DNA of 64,000 bases. Origin: an uncultured Clostridia bacterium. GTDB lineage: Bacteria; Bacillota; Clostridia; Christensenellales; Aristaeellaceae. How positions within the stretch are numbered: position 1 is the first letter of the stretch; each line of letters begins with the position of its first letter. Shown here piece after piece: positions 59,087 through 64,000 of the stretch. The translations under genes were made by a program, and so were the position numbers. The notes beneath the pieces are model-generated. The model worked only from the letters and a program-made list of their open reading frames with translations. It was not told where the DNA came from and made no database searches. The stretch lies in NCBI GenBank assembly GCA_946187775.1, contig CAMHSI010000001.1, forward strand, positions 20,988 to 84,987. Direction: 5' to 3'.

Positions 59087-60679
59087 TCAGGGACGGGAAA
59101 AGTTCTTCATGAACTGCCAGGCACGTTCACAGGTGTGCTCCCGGCACTCATGCGCCTGGTTGTCCACGCCGCCGAACACCGTGCGGCAGATACCGTCGCT
59201 GCTGTCATAGTAATGCAGGGTCAGCACCGCCTCCCGGGAGGGATCCGGAACCTGTTCCACCCGGTCGCCGGGAACGCCCCAGTATTTGTCCGGCCAGGAC
59301 TCCCGGCCTTCAAAGGAGAGATCCCAGGGCTTGCGGATCCGGTTCACCTCAAATACATACCGGGCCCGGTCGGCGCATTTTTCCGCCTGGCAGGGCATCT
59401 CCGGCAGGGGCGTCTGCTCCCCGGCGGAGTAGAACAGGGGAACGGGGGTATACCTGTTCAGGACGGGAGCCTTCTCCCCGTACTGGTTCAGCCCCACCTC
59501 AAAGGTGGCGCCCATGGGGGCGATGGCGGCAAAGGCCTTCGGATATTCCTGGAACAGATCCCAGCACTTGCAGCCGCCCATGGAGAAGCCGGAGGCGTAG
59601 ATCCGCCGGTCGTCCACGGCGTATTTCTCCTTCAGGTGGGAAATCAGCTCCTGTACTTCCGTGGCGGTCACATTCAGGTGGTTTTCCACACAGACCAGCA
59701 GGAATCGGTTGCGCATGGCTACCCGCCACCAGCCGGAAACCCAGGCGATATGGTACGCGGAATCCCCGCCGCCGTGGAAGGCCAGCAGGAGCGGAAGCGG
59801 CTCCGAAGCGTCCGCGGGATGCCAGGCGATATAGCCCACGGGATGGCGCTCGGTTCCGGCATAATCCCCCCGGTTGTCGGGAGAGGTGGTGACCTCGGTG
59901 ATGCAGGCTTCTTCGGTCATGCCGCACTCCGCGGGATCCTCCTCCCGGACCAGGGTGCCGCACCAGCGCTTGTAACGGCCCCAGAAGTCCCGGCAGTCCG
60001 CCCTGAAATCCGGCTCATCCCGCACCAGCAGCTGGTCGCAGGAGGTGCGCAGCGCCTCGTTGATTTCCTTGCTGTTGCCCACGGAGACCACCGGGATATC
60101 CCGCCTTTCCGGCCGGGGAGTGATGGACAGGTTTTCCAGCGTCACCACGGCGGGGGTGATTTCCCCGGGCCCCCAGAGGTATTCCCCCTCCAGGGTTTTC
60201 AGGCAGCAGCGGGCAATATAGTCCGCGCTTTCCCCCCGGCCGAAGAGCACGGTGCGGAAAAGGGCGCCCCGGATGCTTGTCCCGATGAATTCCTTCGTGC
60301 GGAATTTGTAGTTGATGAGATATCCGTCCTCGTAATACGGGCCGATTTTGCTTTCGGCAGCCAGTTCCCGGAAGATGGTTTCCGGCGCGTTTTTCCAGCC
60401 GCCTTCGCAGTTGGGAATCACAAAAACCACGGAGGAGGAGGCAGCGCGGGCAATGTCCGCCAGGCCCCGGCGCTCCGCGTATTCCACGGCGTCCGCAATG
60501 GAGCGGGCCGGGTCGCCGAACACCAGGAGATAGGGGGCGAAAAAGCCGAAGTTGATGATCTCCGCCCGGGGATCCCCGACGGGAACATAGACCATTACGC
60601 TGAAATTTCCGTAGTCATGGGTCCAGTAACGGCCGCCGTCCGGCAGAACGGATACGGCAGGTCTCTCCTGCATACTCAT
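59087..60679 (-). CDS. Alpha/beta hydrolase (PHB-depolymerase/esterase-like) with an extra N-terminal domain
   Basis: PLLLAFHGGG, RIYASGFSMGG, FAAIAP and C-terminal QAHE; start moved to ATG 60679 after GGAGGT. Confidence 0.8.
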   Translation of the reverse strand: MSMQERPAVSVLPDGGRYWTHDYGNFSVMVYVPVGDPRAEIINFGFFAPYLLVFGDPARSIADAVEYAERRGLADIARAASSSVVFVIPNCEGGWKNAPETIFRELAAESKIGPYYEDGYLINYKFRTKEFIGTSIRGALFRTVLFGRGESADYIARCCLKTLEGEYLWGPGEITPAVVTLENLSITPRPERRDIPVVSVGNSKEINEALRTSCDQLLVRDEPDFRADCRDFWGRYKRWCGTLVREEDPAECGMTEEACITEVTTSPDNRGDYAGTERHPVGYIAWHPADASEPLPLLLAFHGGGDSAYHIAWVSGWWRVAMRNRFLLVCVENHLNVTATEVQELISHLKEKYAVDDRRIYASGFSMGGCKCWDLFQEYPKAFAAIAPMGATFEVGLNQYGEKAPVLNRYTPVPLFYSAGEQTPLPEMPCQAEKCADRARYVFEVNRIRKPWDLSFEGRESWPDKYWGVPGDRVEQVPDPSREAVLTLHYYDSSDGICRTVFGGVDNQAHECREHTCERAWQFMKNFSRP

Positions 60680-60751
60680 CACAAGGTACCTCCGGTTGTA
60701 AATCGGTTCGGTCAAATTCCAAGGCCATCATACCATCTTCCGGCTTTTTTT

Positions 60752-61855
60752 TCAATCTTCGCTGCCGACCTGGAAGGAAACCACAGCGCCTTCCGCGTCG
60801 TTCCAGGCTCCGGGATCGTATCCGGTGGACTGCTTCATCTTCTTCAGCACCCGTTCCGCGTCCGTTCCGGAAAGCAGGCGCGGGGAGTAATTGTTGTAGT
60901 GGGAGTCGCTGGTGACCGAAATGGGATAAAAATGCAGGTCCACCCGGTCCAGGGCGCCCCCGGTGAAATGGAGCACCGCCTGCAGGGCCAGGGCGTCCAG
61001 GTCCTTCGGCCGGGTGTTGCCGCCGAAAACGCAGTTCCCCAGGCTGTAAACCACGGGAACCCCCTGCAGCACCGTGTATCCCTGCACGACGTGGGGATGA
61101 TGGCCGACGATCAGGTCGCTGAGAGGAACGGCGCGGTTTGTGATCTGCCGCTGGTAGGAATCCGGGGGCTCCGTGCTGTACTCGGTGCCGGCGTGCATGA
61201 CCGTGATGACCGCGGCGCAGCCCATCTCCCGCAGCAGCTCCGCCTGCTTTTTGAACTGGTTGTACCGGTTTCCGGAGAGGTTGCCGTTGACTCCCAGGAA
61301 CCCGATGCGCAGGCCTTCGCTGTTTTCCCAGACCGCGGGGGCTTCCGCGGCGAACCAGCAGATGCCGGCGGCGTCCAGCGCCTCTTTGGTATCCGCGTAG
61401 CCTTCCTTTTTATAGTCCATGGTATGGTTGTTAGCCAGGGTCACACATTCCACGGATCCCAGCTTCAGGATTTCCGTGTAGGCGGTGGGACCGGAGAAGT
61501 TGTACTTCTTTTTTTCCTTTTTCAGCTTCCGGTCCGTCAGCACCCCTTCCAGGTTGGCCACCGTGAGATCGTCCTGCTCCGTCAGCTGCTTCAGCTCCCG
61601 GAAGGGAAAATCCGGGCCGTTTTCGGCGATGCGCGCGGCAAAGTCAATCTTCGGATACCGGGAGGGGGATTCCCCGCCCAGGGTGCAGTCCCCCAGGAAG
61701 GTGACGCGGACCTCCCCGGTATATTCGGAGGCCGGCCGGAGCAGGTCCTCCCCGGAAGGCTCCACGGAAACCGTCCGCAGGGTTCCTTCCCCCAGGGCGC
61801 AAGAGGACAGCAGCAGCATCAGGGACAGGAAAAAACAGCATTTCTTCATGATCAT
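60752..61855 (-). CDS. CapA family exported metallophosphoesterase-like protein
   Basis: FLGD, ANLEG, LANNHTMDY, MHAGTE, VGHHPHVVQ and YSLGN. Confidence 0.9.
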   Translation of the reverse strand: MIMKKCCFFLSLMLLLSSCALGEGTLRTVSVEPSGEDLLRPASEYTGEVRVTFLGDCTLGGESPSRYPKIDFAARIAENGPDFPFRELKQLTEQDDLTVANLEGVLTDRKLKKEKKKYNFSGPTAYTEILKLGSVECVTLANNHTMDYKKEGYADTKEALDAAGICWFAAEAPAVWENSEGLRIGFLGVNGNLSGNRYNQFKKQAELLREMGCAAVITVMHAGTEYSTEPPDSYQRQITNRAVPLSDLIVGHHPHVVQGYTVLQGVPVVYSLGNCVFGGNTRPKDLDALALQAVLHFTGGALDRVDLHFYPISVTSDSHYNNYSPRLLSGTDAERVLKKMKQSTGYDPGAWNDAEGAVVSFQVGSED

Positions 61856-61939
61856 TCTACCTTTCGCATGATGATCCGGCCCAGGGACGGAACTTTCTCA
61901 GTGTAGCACGAAAACAAAAAAATGGGAAACCGGGTTCCC

Positions 61940-61956
61940 TTTAAGGTTATTTTAAG
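61940..61956 (+). promoter_or_regulatory. Candidate OmpR-family response-regulator direct repeat
   Basis: TTTAAG-N5-TTTAAG (11-bp period) followed after 9 bp by GATAAT. Confidence 0.55.
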
Positions 61957-62035
61957 TTTCCGGAGGATAATAAGGACTGCCGGAGGGAAAAACCGGCAAA
62001 GGATATGAAAACGACGCAGGAAGAAGGGAAGACAA

Positions 62036-63523
62036 ATGATGAAGAGATTGATCGCGGTTATTCTTTCCGTGATGATGATTTTTGCCATAAGCCTGTCTGC
62101 TTACGCGGAGGATACAGGAACCCCGCCGGAGATGCCCTCCGGCAGCATGACGCCGCCGGACGGCGGAAACGGTCAGCCCCCCGAACCGCCGGACGGCGGA
62201 AACGGCCAACCCCCCGAACCGCCGGAAGGCGGCATGCCCAGCGGAACCCCTCCGGACGGGACGCCCGGCGGCTTCGGCGGTGGAACGCCTCCCGGAGGCG
62301 GATCCGCGGCATCCGTTGAATATACGGCAGCTGCGGAGATCACGGAAGCCGCCGAACAGTCCGGGGAAACCTACACCTCGGAGACCGCGAATGAAAACGC
62401 GCTGCTGATCAGCACGGCGGAAGCCGTTACCCTCACCGAGCCCACGGTGACCAAGACCGGCGACTCCGACGGCGGGGACAGCTGCAACTTCTACGGCCTG
62501 AACGCGGGCATCCTGGTCAAGGGCGGCTCCGTGACGACCATCACCGGCGGCACCGTTGAAACGAGCGCCTCCGGAGCCAACGGCGTGTTCTCCTACGGTG
62601 GAAACGGCGCCATGAACGGCGGCGAGGGAGACGGCACCACCGTGGTGATTTCCGACACCGTCATCACCACCACCGGGGACGGCTCCGGCGGCATCATGAC
62701 CACCGGCGGCGGCACCACCCTGGCCAGCAACCTGACGGTGAACACATCCGGGCGCTCTTCCGCGGCGATCCGCACCGACCGCGGCGGCGGAACCGTTGTC
62801 GTGGACGGCGGCAGCTATACCACCGGCGGGCTGGGTTCCCCGGCCATCTACTCCACGGCGGATATTACCGTGAAGAACGCGACCCTGACATCGAACCTGT
62901 CGGAGGGGGTATGCATTGAGGGAATGAATTCCATTACCCTGGAGAACTGCGACCTGACCGCCAGCAACACGCAGCGCAACGGAAACGCCACCTTCCTGGA
63001 TACCATCATGATTTACCAGTCCATGTCCGGGGACGCGGACAGCGGAACCTCCTCCTTCACCATGACGGGAGGCAGCCTGACGAGCCTGAGCGGCCATATG
63101 TTCCATGTGACCAACACCCACGCGGTGATCACCCTTTCCGGGGTGGAGCTGGTGAATTCCGGCAGCGACGTGCTCCTTTCCGTGTGCGATGACGGATGGA
63201 ACGGCGCCGGCAACACCGCGGAGCTGATCGCGGACGGCCAGGCCCTGGCCGGAACGATCCTGGTGGGAGACAACTCCAGCCTGACCCTTACCCTGAAGAA
63301 CGGATCCGCCTTCGAGGGGACCATCGGCGGAGAGATTGAAAACGCAAAGGGTGAAACGGTATCTTCCGAAACCGGCACGGTGTCCGTGGTGCTGGAGGAT
63401 ACCTCCACCTGGACCCTGACGGCGGATACCAGCATCACCTCCTTCCAGGGAGACGCCGGAAACATCATCAGCAACGGATATACCCTGTATGTGGACGGTA
63501 CTGCCCTGCAGGGAACAAACTGA
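62036..63523 (+). CDS. Secreted Gly/Thr-rich right-handed beta-helix protein with Pro/Gly linker
   Basis: Signal peptide AYA|ED; NFYGLNAGIL, SAAIRTDRGGG, SPAIYST and IMIYQSMSGDA; autotransporter-passenger-like end WTLTADTSITS. Confidence 0.78.
   Translation: MMKRLIAVILSVMMIFAISLSAYAEDTGTPPEMPSGSMTPPDGGNGQPPEPPDGGNGQPPEPPEGGMPSGTPPDGTPGGFGGGTPPGGGSAASVEYTAAAEITEAAEQSGETYTSETANENALLISTAEAVTLTEPTVTKTGDSDGGDSCNFYGLNAGILVKGGSVTTITGGTVETSASGANGVFSYGGNGAMNGGEGDGTTVVISDTVITTTGDGSGGIMTTGGGTTLASNLTVNTSGRSSAAIRTDRGGGTVVVDGGSYTTGGLGSPAIYSTADITVKNATLTSNLSEGVCIEGMNSITLENCDLTASNTQRNGNATFLDTIMIYQSMSGDADSGTSSFTMTGGSLTSLSGHMFHVTNTHAVITLSGVELVNSGSDVLLSVCDDGWNGAGNTAELIADGQALAGTILVGDNSSLTLTLKNGSAFEGTIGGEIENAKGETVSSETGTVSVVLEDTSTWTLTADTSITSFQGDAGNIISNGYTLYVDGTALQGTN
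62153..62233 (+). repeat. 33-bp coding tandem repeat (PPDGGNGQPPE x2.5)
   Basis: Units at 62153-62185 and 62186-62218, plus a partial unit at 62219-62233. Confidence 0.9.
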
Positions 63524-63585
63524 CAGCAGCATACGGAACCCGGGAGAATTAACGGCGGAAGAGAAGGAATCCGGCAGGGGGAAAG

Positions 63586-63614
63586 GGAACTTTTTCACGG
63601 GAGGAAACGTCTGA
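63586..63614 (+). promoter_or_regulatory. Candidate ECF-sigma promoter of the SIMPL gene
   Basis: GGAACTT-N16-GTCTGA. Confidence 0.55.
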
Positions 63615-63658
63615 AAGAGTGAGAACCCGAAAGGGAAGAAAGAGAGGAGATTGTTCCC

Positions 63659-64000
63659 GTGAAACAAAATATGATTAAGCGGATGACCGCGCTGGTGCTG
63701 GCCCTCCTGCTGCTGGCCGCTTCCGCGGCCGCGGCGGAAACGAAGATTTCCGTTACCGGAACAGGAGAAACCCGGGTGGCGGCGGATACCGCCGTGATCA
63801 CCCTGGGAGTCAACGCCCGGGACCGGGAGGTCCAGAAGGCCCAGCAGGCGGTGAATGAGCGGATCGCGGCCATCCGGAAGGCCCTGGCGGACCAGGGAAT
63901 CCCGGAGGAGAACATCAACACGGATTTCATGAACATCTATGCCATCTACGATTATGAAAAGGACCAGGAGCAGGTGCAGGCCTACAACGCCAGCTCCACC
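63659..64000 (+). CDS. SIMPL (DUF541) domain exported protein, 3' truncated (absent from ORF track)
   Basis: Translated by hand: MIKRMTALVLALLLLAASAAAAETKISVTGTGETRVAADTAVITLGV...GIPEENINT; GTG 63659 after GAGGAG, or in-frame ATG 63671. Confidence 0.88.
   Translation, partial: MKQNMIKRMTALVLALLLLAASAAAAETKISVTGTGETRVAADTAVITLGVNARDREVQKAQQAVNERIAAIRKALADQGIPEENINTDFMNIYAIYDYEKDQEQVQAYNASST

Noticed and set aside
60752-61855. capA as evidence of a poly-gamma-glutamate capsule
   Set aside because: No capB or capC nearby; stand-alone CapA-domain proteins are common.
61790-61855. Possible lipobox (LSSC) in CapA, and LGC in the arabinanase signal peptide
   Set aside because: Ambiguous: both are followed by a plausible SPase I site, so they were not called lipoproteins. 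They remain a caveat to the no-lipoprotein finding.
59135-61906. 923-aa plus-strand ORF spanning the esterase and capA genes
   Set aside because: Antisense shadow of two motif-bearing genes.
62153-62233. 33-bp repeats as a possible CRISPR array
   Set aside because: Head-to-tail with no spacers, in frame within a Pro/Gly linker, and no cas genes in the window.

Overview
This 64 kb window is GC-rich chromosomal DNA from an anaerobic Clostridia-type bacterium, probably a gut or rumen fibre degrader. The taxonomy is inferred from gene content and signal-peptide style and was not determined. I saw no rRNA, tRNA, CRISPR array, transposase or prophage. In order, the window holds: ppx (partial)-sufC-sufB; degV; a GH31; nfeD-floA; a MATE transporter; hsp20 with CtsR-type boxes; a CPBP protein; DUF1858; thrH; and a LacI-controlled arabinan locus of about 18 kb. 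That locus carries two GH43 and two GH51 enzymes around an unusual 8-gene uptake module: giant binding protein, 2 permeases, NHL-TPR-YIP1 fusion, DUF5696-like protein, 2 more permeases, second binding protein. Next come a CxC-type rubredoxin, an AraC-linked ABC importer with two Gfo/Idh/MocA dehydrogenases, a GH10, and an acyltransferase/DUF6320-like pair. These are followed by an 8-gene ABC-2/MoxR/DUF58/vWA/GATase-like envelope operon, a regulator plus potABCD (PotA has a roughly 180-aa two-repeat insertion), an esterase, a CapA-family protein, a secreted beta-helix protein and a partial SIMPL gene. The best candidates for undescribed biology are the NHL/YIP1/DUF5696 double-ABC module, the MoxR-vWA-ABC operon, the lack of lipoprotein anchors on all four binding proteins, and the PotA insertion. 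Family calls come from motif recognition by eye; no database searches were run.
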